Shown in pieces: positions 51,125 to 63,985 of a DNA stretch of 64,000 nt. The notes beneath the pieces were generated by a model. That model did no database searches, had not been told where the DNA came from, and saw only the letters and a program-made list of their open reading frames with translations. Position 1 is the first letter of the stretch. The number at the start of each line of letters is the position of its first letter. Source of the DNA: Mobula hypostoma (Eukaryota); NCBI RefSeq assembly GCF_963921235.1, contig NC_086108.1, forward strand, positions 110,238,001-110,302,000, read 5' to 3'. Made by a program: the position numbers and the translations under genes.

Positions 51125-51616
51125 AAAACCATAAGGCATAGGAGCAGAGTTAGGTCATTTTATCTGTTGAGTCTGCTCCACCATTCTATTCTAGCTGATT
51201 TATTATCCTTCTCAACCCCAATTCCTGCCGCCTTATAACCTTTGATGCCCTGATTAATCAAGAACCCATCAACCTCCACTTTAAGTATACCCAATGACTT
51301 GGCCTCCATAGCTATCCAGGGCAGTGAATTCCACTGATTCACCATCCTCTGTCTATAGAAATTCCTCCTCATCTGTAAAGGGATATCCTTGTATTCTATG
51401 GCTGTGCCCTCTGGCCCCAGACTACCCCTCTATTGGAAATAACTTCTGCACGTGCCATCTATCTAGACCTTACAATTTTCAATGAGTTGCAGTAAGATCC
51501 TCTTCTGCTCCCCCCTGCCCCCCCCCCACCATTCTTCTAAACTCTGGTGATTATAGACCTAGAGCCATTAAACGCTTTTCCTATTTTCCTATGATAATTC
51601 GTCTTTCCTGAGATAA
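51125..51616 (-). mobile_element. CR1 3' fragment
   Basis: ORF 51160-51372 (RMVNQWNSLP). Confidence 0.75.
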
Positions 51617-52800
51617 TTCAGGCTTTAGACCACTTAGACAACTCAAACACCTACATCAGGATGCTGTTCATGGACTGTAGCTCAGCATTTAATACCACCA
51701 TTCCTACAATACTGATTGAGAAGTTGCAGAACCTGGACCTCTGTACCTCCCTCCGCAGTTCAATCCTCAGCTTCCTAACCTGAAGGATTGGTGATAACAT
51801 ATCCTTGCTGACAATCAACACTGGCTCACCTCAGGGGTGCGTGCTTAGCCCACTGCTCTACTCTCTGTATACACATGACTGTGTGGCTAGGCATAGCTCA
51901 AATACCATTCATAAATTTGCTGACAACATAACCATTGTTGGTAGAATCTCAGATGGTGACAAGAGGGCATATAGGAGTGAGATGTGCCAACTAGTGGAAT
52001 GGTGCTGCAGCAACAACCTGGCACGCAACGTCAGTAAGATGAAAGAGCTGATTCTGGACTTCAGGAAGGGTGAGATGAAGGAGAACATACCAAACCTCAT
52101 AGAGGGATCAGGAGTGGAGAGAGTGAGCAATTTCAAGTTCCTCAGTGACAAGATCCCTGAGGATCTAACGGGGTCCCAACATATCGATGTAGTTATAAAG
52201 AAGGCAAGACAGTGGCTATACTTTATTAGGAATTTGAAGAGATTTGGCATGTCAACAAATACACTGAAAAACCTCTATAGTTGTATCGTGGAGAGCATTC
52301 TAACGGGCTGCATCACTGTCTGGTATGGAGGGGCTACTGCACAGGACTGAAAGGTTGTAAATCTAGTCAGCTCCATCTTGGGTACTAGCCTACAAAGTAC
52401 CCAGGACATCTTTAGGGAGCGGTGTCTCAGAAAGGCAGCGTCCATTATTAAGGACCTCCAGCACCCAGGGCATGCTTTTTCTCACTGTTACCATCAGGTA
52501 GGAGATACAGAAGCCTGAAGGCACACACTCAGCGATTCAGGAACAACTTCTTCCCCTCTGCCATCCGATTCCTAAATGGACATTGAAGCTTTGGACCCTA
52601 CCTAACTTTTTTTAATATACAGTGTTTCTGTTTTTGCACAATTTTTAAAATCCATTCAGTATACGCAATTGATTGACTTGTTTATTTATTATTATATTTT
52701 ATTATTTTTTTCTCTCTGCTAGATTATGTATTGCATTGGACTGCTGCTGCTAAGTTAACAAATTTCATGTCACATGCCGGTGATATTAAACTTGATTCTG
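51617..52800 (+). mobile_element. Rex1/Babar LINE RT/3' fragment
   Basis: ORF 51805-52350 (GSPQGCVLSPLLYSLYTHDC, KFAD); same subfamily as 39190-41452. Confidence 0.9.
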
Positions 52801-54054
52801 AACGTTCTCTGGACTGTCTCCAATGCCATTGCGTCTTTTCTTAGATACGGGTTATTTGAAAACATAAAGTGATTGAAAAGATTAGCTTTATTTGTCGCAT
52901 GTACATATTAGCTTTAAAATATACAGTGACCAACACAGTCCGTGGATGTGCTGGAGGCAGCCCACAAGTGCTGCCATACTTCCAGTGCCAACATACCATG
53001 CACACAGCTTAGCTTAGTTCATAGATTTTTGCTTTGTGGGAGGGAACGCAAGCAGTCACAGGGAGAATGTACAGAATCCTTACAGACAGCAGCAGGAATT
53101 GAACCCCGATCTTCCAAATGCCAGTGCTTTAATATCTTACCCTAACTACTATGTTATTGTTGCAAAGGGCATATTTCTATGTAGTGTTTTCTTACTTTTA
53201 ACAAGAAGCCCCAAAAGAATAAGATGTTACTAAAGTTAGTGTGATGCTAACTACTATTCCACCATGTCATCATGCATCTCCAGGAATAGCCAAGAGACAA
53301 GAGATGCCTGTCTGTCACATTTTACAAGTAAAAATAAAACTACCCAAAATTGTTTATAAGGTGAAACTTTTGATCAGCATCTCTGAATATGAACAGAAAT
53401 TTAATCTGAACAGGTGGCTTTTTAGGCCATTGGGAAGAGAATAACTGGAGTGGTTTACTTTGAGAGATTTCAGAAATGAAGGTGAAAGTGGTTGGTCTTT
53501 TTCATCAGCAGTTGATAAAGGTTGTACAAATGGATAGAAGTAGAACCAGAATGTCATTTTGGCTCAGTACCAGTGTTTCTGATTGTATATCAAAAGAAAA
53601 TGCAGTCTTCCTGACATTCACAATATTGCTGCCTTGGCATTGTTGAAGCTGTCCTTTATTTAATGGAACATTCAGACTGAAAGCAGCAAAGCATTAAGTG
53701 TAATTGAAAGATTCCTTGCCACTTGTATTTCTGGCATTGCCTTTCCAAATTCCAAGCTTTTCGTCGGATCATGAAAGAGTCTGGGAAGCTCACAAATTTT
53801 CATTGATGTTTTAATTGGCTTAAATTTTATTTCTTGAAAAATGCAATACTGTTTAGCTTACCATTACTCTTTGTACTTTCTCTGTGTACACCTATGAAAA
53901 TTTGTACACCATACGACACAAGAACAAAATTAAGTTAATCAGCCCATCAAGTCTGCTCCGCCATTCCATCATAGCTGATTTATTTCCCTCTCAACTCCAT
54001 TCTCCTGCCTGTTCCCCGTAACCTTTGACGACCTGACTAATCAAGAACCTATCA

Positions 54055-54190
54055 AAAACAAGGCAAAATCTGCAGATGCTGGAAATTGAAGTAATACACA
54101 AAAGATGCTGGAAGAACTCAGCAGGCCAGGCAACATCAATTGAAAAGAGTAAATGGTCAACGTTTCGGGCCAAGGCCCTTCCATCAGGAC
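54055..54190 (-). mobile_element. Penelope pLTR tail ending at a degenerate hammerhead
   Basis: Minus strand GTC-CTGATGGA..GGGCCTTGGCCC-GAAA-CGTT-GAC. Confidence 0.65.
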
Positions 54191-54762
54191 CCAGTCTTCT
54201 GTCAGTCTTTTTTGCTGATTCTATAGTATTTTTTGGTTTTGTGAATGCCTGCAAGAAAATGAATCTTGGTAGTATATGGTGACGTATACATATAGATATG
54301 TAATGGAGAGTATATTGACTGGCTGTATCACAGGCTGGTATGGAAATCCCAATGCCCTTGAACAGAAAATCTTATAGAAAGTAGTGGATACAGCCCAGGC
54401 CATCACAGGTAAAGCCCTCTGTACCATTGAGCACATCTGCATGAAGCACTGTCGCAGGAAAACAGCATCTATCATCAGGGACCCCCACCACCCAGATCAT
54501 GCTCTTTTCTTGCTGCTGCCATCAGGAAGAAGGTACAGGAGCCTCTTTTTGTACTTGAAAAGTTTATTGTCTTTCGCACACTGGTTGATTGTCCAATTTG
54601 GTGAGGTCTTTCATTGATTCTACTCTGGTTATTCTATTCTGAATTTATTGACAGCATGCGTGCAAGAAAATGAATCTCAGGATTGTATGTGATGACATGT
54701 ATGTACTTTGATAATAAATTTACTTTGAACTTTGAGGATATTGGAAGTTACCTGCTTTTATA

Positions 54763-55680
54763 GAATCAGAATCAGGTTTAGTATCATTGGCTAAATGTCA
54801 TGGAATTTGTTTTTCAGCAATGGTACATTGCAATACATAGCTTTAAAAAATGTACATTAAGAAATATAAAAAATTAATTAGGTAGTGCAAAAAGCAAGCG
54901 AAAAAGTGTGGTGGTGTTCAGGTGTTCATTGTCAATTCAGAAATTTGATGGCTGAGAGGAAGTAGCTGTTCTTGAAATACTGAGTGTGCCTTCAGGCACC
55001 TGTACTGCCTCCTTACTACTACATTGACTCAGGCCTGGGGGACTGGCGTCAGGCAAAAGGCGTAAAGCATGCCTCCTTGATGAAGTACAAGAGCCTGAAG
55101 CACCAAGAAAAGGGCGTGTCTTAAGTCCTTAATGTTCGATGCCACTGCCTTGAGGCATCACCTTTTGAAGATGTCCTGGATGTTTGTGAGGTTAGTATTC
55201 ATGATGAAAGTTCACAACTTTCTGCAGCTTTTTTAGATGCTGTGCAGTGGCCTCTCCGTACCAGACACTGATACAACCAATTAGAATGCTCTCCACAGTA
55301 CATCTGTAGAAATTTGCAGAAGTCTTTGGTGACATACCAAGTCTCCTCAAGCTCCTAATGAAATATAGCCACTGTCATGCCTTCTTTGAAATTGTATCAA
55401 AATGTTGGGCCCAGGATAGCTCTTCAGAGATGATGACATCCAAGAACTTGAAGCTGTTCACTCTTTCCACTGCTGATCCTCAATGATGACTGGTGTGTGT
55501 TCCCCTTCCTGAAGTCCCCAACCAATTAATTAATCTTACTGACACTGACAAGATTGTTGTATCTTGCTCCTGTATGCCACATCATCTCCATCTGAAATTC
55601 TGCGAACAATAGTTGTCATCTGCAAATTTATAGATAGTGTAAGCTGTGGTGGGTGTAGAGAAAGTAGTGCAGTGGGACAG
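54763..55680 (-). mobile_element. Rex1/Babar LINE fragment
   Basis: Minus strand TIYKFADD, FKFL, LRRLGMSP; (CTGATT) tail. Confidence 0.75.
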
Positions 55681-56409
55681 CAGCCTGACGTAGGTATTGC
55701 TAGTGTCCAGGAGATACAAAGCTGAGTGACCTATTGTGGCGAAATGCAAATTCTTGTATAGAACACAGATGCTCGAATGCATTGGCAAATGAATTGACTA
55801 TATTTTCTGTCAGACGTCTCATCCCATCTCCATGGCTGACTGTTGTGATATGAACAAATGTGGGAAGATGGTCTCTGGTCAGATCAACATTCCTCTCACG
55901 AATACCACAACTCCATCATGACCAATGACAACTCCAAGACCTTTCCATTCTGTACAGTCTGCTCGTTTGTAATAGACTTTGTCCCCTGTGTCCTATTTGT
56001 CATTTGTAGGATGGACCTGTGCCTTCAGTGCTCCTTGAATTCTCTCTGAACACTCTGTTTCAGTGAAAAGTAAACACAGAATATTCTGCAGAAGCATATT
56101 CCTCCAGCGTTTTGTGCATGCTGCTTCAGTGAAACCCTTCCTTGATGCATGCAGTGCTGTAATATGTGTCCCAACTCATTCACTTCTTGTTGTACCCTCT
56201 AGAGCAACTGGTCTGTCAACCAGTACAGAGGGAAGGTTAGGATTCTGGCTGAACACCAATTTATACAGGCTATTGTCATGTACATTGTGCATGGTATTCT
56301 TTACCATAAGGGCCCAGTTTTAATCACAGCCATTGCTTTTAGTAAGTGTTTGATTGTGTCGCATCAGAAGTCCATTACTTGGAGAACTATATGCTGCTGT
56401 TGTCTTTGT

Positions 56410-56597
56410 TGTCCAGTTGAGGCTTCTTCGCTAAATATATTTAAGAAACAGTTAGATAGGTTTTTAACATAGTAAGGGAAAAGGCAGGTAGATGGAGCTG
56501 AGTTTACGGACAGATCAGCCATGATCTTTACTGAATGGCGGGGCAGGCTTGATGGGCCAAATTGTCTACTCCTGCTCCTATTTCTTATGTTCTTATT
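56410..56597 (+). mobile_element. CR1 3' tail inserted in the Copia element
   Basis: VEASSLNIFKKQLDRFL; (TTCTTATG) tail. Confidence 0.75.
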
Positions 56598-57822
56598 AAA
56601 TTCATCACCATTATCACTGAATACTTTCAGAGGTGAGCCATGTACACTTAACCAGGAATAGATGAAGTTTTTTTACTATCTCAGGGTCTGTTTGTATTTA
56701 CAATGCTACTAGCACTGAAATGTGTGAACTCATCAGTGATATGGAGATACCACACTCCTTGCTCCAGTTTATGTAGATCTACAGCTACTGTTTCATTGTA
56801 TTCAGATGCTAGTGGCAGACCAACCAGGCTTCGGCTTTCCAAACTTTTGACATGTCCCACAGCTGTCAATTATGTGCTTTACAGTGGAAAAATAATCTGC
56901 ATCTTAGTTTCCTGAACTCCTGAGTAGTTTCTGAAGTCTATGAATTGAAGCATGTCATTGCTTGTGAAGTTTGAGCAACAGTTTGCATTTTATGTGATAG
57001 TACTTCATTCTCACATTGATTCTCATTAATGTCTTTATCTGAAATGTTCGCACAGTAACGTCCAGAGCTGGTGACCTCAAGTGACACTGATTGTTGCAAT
57101 ACTGTTGCTTGGTCATTCTCTATACCTAGTACTGCTCTTGCTTTCTCTTGGGAAGTTTTACTCAAGAGTAATGGAATGTTCACCGGTACCACCTCTGCTT
57201 CAAAGTAACACTTCTTTTTGTGGGAGTTTTCAGTCATTTGGTGGAACGTACAGTCTTTCCATCTCCAAACTAGAATGCTTTGTTACTAGGTGTATCTATG
57301 TTCACCAGTTTCTGCACTTCATTCTGGTTTAGTTCACTTAGAGCTTTCAAACCATTTTTTTCCACAATAACAGCAGATCCTAGAGATTCCATCATCAAAA
57401 TCCTTCACAAACAATATGATATGGTACTCTTCTACATCTTCAAAATTGTTAGTTTCTTCAGTTAGCCTAACTTGTTTGGTTTATGACGGACTGTTTCTTG
57501 CCTCATGGTAAATACTTTGACATGCTGTGCATTTCGATCTCCTACCGTACTTCTTTATTGGATTTGTTCCAGGCAATGGTACTCTGGTCTGGTCCCTCTG
57601 GGACCTACGCTTGCTATACTGTTGTTTCCGCTCAGTGAAGTATGCCATTTCCTGACTCAAACTAATTCCCACTGTTGTCTTAGCGACTTTTTTCTAAAAA
57701 TTCTCTTCAATGCTGATTTCATAGAGGCAAGTGTAAGTTCTGTGTATGCAGTTAACACGACTTGTCTGTCCTTTACGTCTAGACGCACAGTATCCAAAAA
57801 TTAAAAAGCTAATATAGTGTCA

Positions 57823-58132
57823 TGTTGGCGCGTGGCCAAGTGGTTAAGGCGTCAGTCTAGTGATCTGAAGGTCACTAGTTCGAGCCTCAGCTGAGGCAAC
57901 GTGTTGTGTCCTTGAGCAAGGCACTTAACCACACATTGCTCTGCGACAACACCGGTGCCAAGCTGTATCGGCCCTAGTGCCCTTCCCTTGGACAACATCG
58001 GTGGCATGGAGAGGGGAGACTTGCAGCATGGGCAACTGTCAGTCTTCCATACAACCTTGCCCAGGCCTGCACCCTGGAAACCTTCCAAGGCGCAAATCCA
58101 TGGTCTCACAAGACTAACGGACGCTTATAATA
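57823..58132 (+). mobile_element. tRNA-Thr(AGT)-derived SINE with an RTE-like 3' tail, inserted in Copia gag
   Basis: A-box TGGCCAAGTGG, B-box AGTTCGAGCC, GTCTAGT anticodon arm, central GTGTCCTTGAGCAAGGCACTT; TSD ATAGYGTCA at 57814-57822 and 58133-58141. Confidence 0.8.
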
Positions 58133-58506
58133 ATAGCGTCAGGAAGTTCCATCTTGTATTTACATATGCGACTGTACTTTTCAAAATCAATAATATAATC
58201 AACCATATTTTTAGAATGTCTCATAAATTTTGTCAAAATCTGAATGTACCTCATAGATCCAATCCTTCCTTCAAAAAAAAAACCAAGAGTCAAGTATATT
58301 TATTATGTATTTATACCGTCATCTTCGTTCAACTTTTCTGTCAAAATTCCTTTTGCGGTCTCTCACTCTTCCTGAAAGTGACAGCACAACATCTAAGCCT
58401 TGCTTTGTCTTCAGTTCCATAACACAAGTCAAAATTCCAGTTTCATTTTTCCAGCTTGCTACTGTCAAATGCTGGTGGGGTTCTATATTTGGAAGCCATC
58501 CATCCC

Positions 58507-58655
58507 TGTTAACGCCAAAATAACAAGGACATGTTTTTACTTTGTTTAAACAACTTTACTTTCAACGTATTCATTCAATACCCAAGGCCAGCCACTTTTA
58601 CATCCTACAATTCCCCTTTCTCCTCTTGTACACGCATGTGCACTAAATACTTACA
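58507..58655 (-). repeat. Putative 5' LTR (149 bp) of the Copia element
   Basis: Minus strand TGTAAG...TTAACA immediately before GGGATGG (residual tRNA-iMet PBS-like) and the gag ATG at 58499. Confidence 0.6.
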
Positions 58656-58669
58656 TAGTCCAAATGAAC

Positions 58670-59165
58670 AGAATTCTTACAGGCTGCATCACTGTCTGGT
58701 ATGGAGGGGCTACTGCATAGGACCAAAAGAAGCTGCAGAAGGTTGTAAATCTAGTCAGCTCCATATTGGGTACTAGTCTACAAAGTACCCAGGACATCTT
58801 TAGGGAACTGTGCCTCAGAAAGGCAGAGTCCATTATTAAGGACCTCCAGCACCCAGGGCATGCCCTTTTCTCACTGTTACCATCAGGTAGGAGGTACAGA
58901 AGCCCGAAGGCACACACTCAGTGATTAGGAACAGCTTCTTCCCCTCCGCTATCCGATTTCTAAATGGACATTGAATCTTTGGACACACCCTCACTTTTTA
59001 AATATACAGTATTTCTGTTTTTGCACTTTTTTAATCTATTCAATATACGTAATTGATTTACTTATTATTTTTTTCCCTCTGCTGGGTGATGTATTGTATT
59101 GAATTGCAGCTGCTAAGCTAACAAATTTCACGTCACATGCCGGTGATAATAATCCTGATTGTGGT
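58670..59165 (+). mobile_element. Rex1/Babar LINE 3' fragment
   Basis: Near-identical to 52295-52800. Confidence 0.85.
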
Positions 59166-59739
59166 TCAACACATGAGCATGACAGTTAAACTTTAATTGA
59201 ATTGAACCTATGCCCTCAAATAATTCTCGAGTTCCATACAATGATTCTTAGCTTGTCCTGTGTTTAGAGGACTATATCCAGGTGGGAAGAAGAACGGGGT
59301 TTGTCCTGCTTTTGTTTTGTTGTGTGCTGTGTTCTGTTTTGTTGTGCTTTGTGTTGTTCTGCCGAGCATTGTGGGAATGCTCTGGTGGCAGCTCTTGCAG
59401 GCTCCCTTCTCTCTCTCCTCCACCCCCCCAACCCCAGTACACCCTTGTGATTGTTGGCTGTTAATGCAAGCAATGCATATCACAGTTTAAATGTACATGT
59501 GATATATAATCTGAATCTTGAAAGCAGCTTGGGTTTCTGAGAAGGCTCATCTATGATTGGTGAAATTTGTACAGTTGGTGAACATTGATGTCCATCAAGA
59601 GCACATATACAGAAAGGTGCTGGAAAAGGGCCAGTCACATCATTGAGGATTCCACCCACCCTGCTTGTGGACTGTTTGTCCCACTCCCATCAGGGAGGAG
59701 GCTACGTAGCACCCACACCAGGGTCACCAGACTCAGAGA

Positions 59740-60760
59740 CAAACGAGAAAATCTGAAGATGCTGGAAATCCAAGCAACACACAAAATGCTGGAGGAACTC
59801 AGCAGGCCTGGCAGTATCTATGGAAAAGTTGATGATTTGGGCCAAGACCCATTAGCTGGACTGGAGAAAAAAAGATGAGTAGAGTTAAAAGGTGGGGGGA
59901 GGGGAGGGAGAAACACAAGGTGATAGGTGAAATCAGAAGGAGTAAAGTAATGAGCTGGGAAGTTCAATGGAGAAAGAGACAGAGCTGGAGAAGGGGAAAT
60001 GTAAGAGAGGACAGAAAGCCATGGAAGAAAGAAAGCATGGGGGGGGGAGCATCAGAGGGTGGTGATGGGCAGGCAAGGAGATAAGGTTGGAGGGTGAAGT
60101 GGGCAGGAGGGCATTGCCAGAAGTTTGTAAATCGATGTTCATGCTGTCAGGGCTACCCATTGGAATATAAGGTGTTGTTCTTCCAACCCGAGTATGGCCT
60201 CATCACGACAGTTGAGGAAGCCATGAATTGAAACATCAGGATGGGAAGTGGAATTAAGATGAGTGGCCACTGGGAGATCCTACTTTTTCTGGTGGATGGA
60301 GCATAGGTGCTCGGTGAAGCAGTCTCCCAATCTACATCAGGTCTCACCAATCTACAGGAGGCTGCACCAGACACAGTAAATGACCCCAACAGGCTCTGAG
60401 GTGAAGTATTGTCTCACTTGGAAGGGACTGTTTGGGCCCTGAATGGTAGTGAGGGAGGAGGTGTAGGCGCAAGGATAAGTGCCAGGAGGGAGATCAGTGT
60501 GGGGGTGGGGGGACGAATAGACAAGGGAGTCGTGTAGGGAGCAATCCCTGTAGAAAGTAGAAGGTGGGGGGGTGGGAGGAAAGATGTGCTTGGTGGTGAG
60601 ATCCCCTTGGAGATGATGGGAGTTGCAGAGAAGGACGCGGAGGCTGGTGGGATGGTAGCTATGGGCAAGAGGAGCCCTGTCCTTGGTAGGGTGGCAGGAG
60701 GATGGGGTAAGAGCCAAAAGCAGTAAGGCCTCCACCTCCCACACCCCAACTGCCACTTTT
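59740..60760 (-). mobile_element. Penelope-like element fragment (GIY-YIG and pLTR)
   Basis: ORF 60352-60756: DRAPLAHSYHP..DLPPGTYPC..QVRQYFTSEPVGVIYCVWCS. Confidence 0.82.
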
Positions 60761-60777
60761 TTTTAATCGTTTCCTGT

Positions 60778-61168
60778 CCATAAGAACATAAGATATAGGT
60801 GCAGATGCAGGCCATTTGGCCCATTGAGTCTGCTCCACCATTCATTCATGGGCTGATCCAACTCTTCCAGTCATCCCCACTCCCCTGCCTTCACCCCATA
60901 CCCTTTGATGCCCTGGCTAATCAAGAACCTATCTATCTCTGCCTTAAATACACCCAATGACTTGGCCTCTACAGCTGCTCAAGGCAACAAATTCCACAGA
61001 TTTACCACCCTCTGACTAAATTAATTCCTCTGCATCTCTGTTCTAAATGGACGTCCTTCAATCCTGAAGTTGTGCCCTCTTGTCCTAGAATCCCCTGGAA
61101 ATAACTTTGCCATATCTAATCTGTTCAGGCCTTTTAACATTCAGAATGTTTCTATGAGATCCCCCCAT
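60778..61168 (-). mobile_element. CR1 3' fragment, same subfamily as 3483-4219
   Basis: Long stretches identical to 3500-3870. Confidence 0.88.
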
Positions 61169-61737
61169 CAGAGACACTTTATTTACAGACACTCCTGTGC
61201 CTAAAGTGTCACCTTATGGACATACCATCAATAAATATTATCTTAAGTATTTATATTTATTGTGTTTTCTTGTTGTGTTCTTTATCTTACTGTGTTTTTT
61301 GTGCTGCATTGGTTTCTAGAGTAACAATTATTTTGTTCTCTTTTCCACTTAACTGAATACAACATTAAAAATTTTGGATTTATTTTATTGTGAAATAATT
61401 GTATGCCATAATTTATTATTTTCCAATTATGCAGATCTTCTGTTTTATTCCGCAAGTAGTTTGGGAGATGAATTGTGATATTCAGCCTGGTCCTGACACT
61501 GACCATCATTAGAACACAGATATTTTGAGCTGAATTTTGCACTTCAGAAGGCATTTACACGATGCTGCTGAAAATGTTGTACCAATCCATTTTGGGAACA
61601 TCAGCAATTTACTCTGCTGATACTTGTAAAATAAAAACTAGGCTTGGGCAATATAATTTGCCTGGTCTTACACCAACCCTGTATGTAAGCTGTAATTACT
61701 TTAGAATTGTAGCTGCAAATGGAAACTTTGTTATGGA

Positions 61738-61985
61738 ACAGTAGCATAGCAATTAGCATTACACTATTAAAGCGCCAGCCACCCAGGTTCATTTCCGCCA
61801 CTGTCTGTAAGAAACTTGTATGTTCTCCCCATAATCACATGGGTTTCCTCTAGGTGCTCCAGTTTCCTCCAGCGTTCCAAAGACCTACAGGTTGGTAGAT
61901 TAATTGGTCATATGGATATAATTGGGCAGCGTGGGCTCTTTGTGCCAGAGGGTCTACTGTTGCTGTGTTGTTTCTCTGAATAAAA
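61738..61985 (+). mobile_element. V-domain tRNA-SINE
   Basis: TGGGTTTCCTCTAGGTGCTCCAGTTTCCTCC..CCAAAGAC. Confidence 0.7.
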
Positions 61986-63574
61986 AGAATTTCCAACTGC
62001 ACCAACCAATTAGATCTTGAGCTGTTTCCTTCCTGGGGACTGCCTTTTAAAGTTGCATTATTGTGTTAGTATAGAATAAACGTCACATCCCCCTAGAGTA
62101 AAATATCGTGGAGGAGGGTGTCTGACTTAATCTGGTAGTTATGTTGGGCACCTGCTTGGTTTCATGCCATAACAAAATAGTCAAAACATAACCACTATGT
62201 ATAGCTGCTACAGTGAACAGTAAAAACTGTCTAGTGATCACTTCTGAACACCCTGCTACCACCCAGTACACATTATTTATGACAACATTATATATATATA
62301 TATGTGTATATTTATAAAGTATATTTAATTATATATTGTATATGCACTTTATGTCAACTTGTATATCTACAGAATACTTTTTACTCTGTTAATATTATTC
62401 ATATTATTTTCTGTACTGTATTTTGCTTTTTGGTCCTGGAGCAGGAGTTCCCAGCCTTTTTTATGCTATGGGCCAATACCATTAAGCAAGGTGTCTATGG
62501 AGTCCAGGTTGGGAACCCCTATAGAGGAACATGGTTTCATTTAGCTGTATACATGTGTAGAGCTGAATGACAATAAATTTGAACTTGATTTATCTCCTGG
62601 TAAACAAAGATGTAGTTTGTTGTATTCACTAACATTGCAATTGGACTCAGAGAGATCGAAACTGGCCCATTCAGCCACCATATCCTTGCCAACCATCCTG
62701 TATCTATTTACTCCATACTAATCCCATTTGATCTATAGCTACCTACTCCATGGTATGTCTGGTGCTATCGATATATTGCAGCTGGGTAAATGGTTGCTCA
62801 GTGAACAGTGCAAAACTTCACATTTAGATTCAATGGAAGTGTAGCTCCTGTTGAAAATGGCTTAGCTACAATCATCATAACAATGGTATATGATCTTGTT
62901 AACTACAGATGTTGGAAATGTAAAAGAAAGAGTTCAAGTTTATTGTCATCTAACTGTACATGTATGCAACCAAACAAAACAATACCCTTCAGAACCAGGG
63001 TGCACCCATAACACACACATCACACACAGCAGGTAAAACAAAATATTATCACAAATAAATTAATAAAAGATAATTCAAACTGTAACTAGTGCACAGCTTG
63101 CTGTCCAAGTGCCAAGGGTATTTATTAGTCTCAGCCTGAGGAAAGAAGCTGTTACCCAGTGTGGGAGTCCTAGTCCTGATGTTCCTGTACCTCCTCACTG
63201 AGGGTTGTGGGTCAAAGAGATTATGGGATAGGTAGTAGGGGTGCTTTGGCCCCTTTGTTTACAATGCTCCTGGTAGATATTGCAAATAATGGGAGGGAGA
63301 CACTGAAGATCCTCAATGGTTTTTACTATCCTCTTGTGGGAAAAATGCTAGTTAGGTTAATTAATGTATGGGAGAAATTCTTCCCTGGATTTTGATGGTA
63401 AGCACTTCAGTACTAATCATAGAATCCTAGAAACGGACCCTTGGGCTAGATTGTCCATGTTGACTGAGATGCCCATCTAAGTTAATCCTGCCTTTTGACT
63501 ATATGCCTCTCGCCCCTTTCAGCTGATGTACCTTTTAAATGTTATTGTACCTGCTTCCACCGCATGTTATGGCA

Positions 63575-63985
63575 GCATCCATCGTCAAGGACTCCTGCCA
63601 TCCGGGCCATGCTCTCCCTGTTGCTGCAGAGGAACCTCAGGACTGACCCATAGCACCAGGTTGAGGAACAGTTATTACCCCTCAATCATCAGAACCAGTG
63701 TGGATAAATCCACTCACCTGAACAGTGAACTGACCTTTGAACAAAACCAATGGGCTCACTTTCAGGGTCTCGGCACTCATGTTGTCAATATTTATTACTT
63801 ACATTTATTATTGTTTATTTGTATTTGCCGAATTTGTTGCCTTTTGGTTGTCTGTCTGCCTTGGTGTGAAAATTTTCATTAAATCTGTTGTGCTTCTTTG
63901 TATTTATTGTGAATGCCTGCAAGAAAATGAATCTCATGGTAGTATGACATATATGTACTTAAGATAATAAAATTACTTTAAACTT
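63575..63985 (+). mobile_element. Rex1/Babar LINE 3' fragment
   Basis: TRLRNSYYP and tail GCCTGCAAGAAAATGAATCTC..ATAATAAAATTACTTT. Confidence 0.7.

Larger units (their letters stand above)
55860..58655 (-). mobile_element. Decayed Ty1/Copia LTR retrotransposon, GalEa-like (5' LTR, gag, protease, integrase; RT not found)
   Basis: Gag MASKYRTPPAFD..WKNE..LPDA; NPIKKYGRRSKCTACQSIYH knuckle; EAEVVPVNIPLLLSK; KLHKQ; VGLPLASEYNETVAVDL..YLHITDEFTHFS; SNGLL.RHNQ; NPNLPSVL; GDKVYYKR..WKG.GVVIG. The order PR then IN directly after gag is Copia-type. Confidence 0.8.

Noticed and set aside
55680..55860. 3' LTR or RT of the Copia element
   Set aside because: No similarity to 58507-58655, no matching 5-bp TSD and no RT motifs visible
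57827..57897. tRNA gene
   Set aside because: Acceptor and T stems pair poorly, and it continues into a SINE body and tail flanked by a TSD
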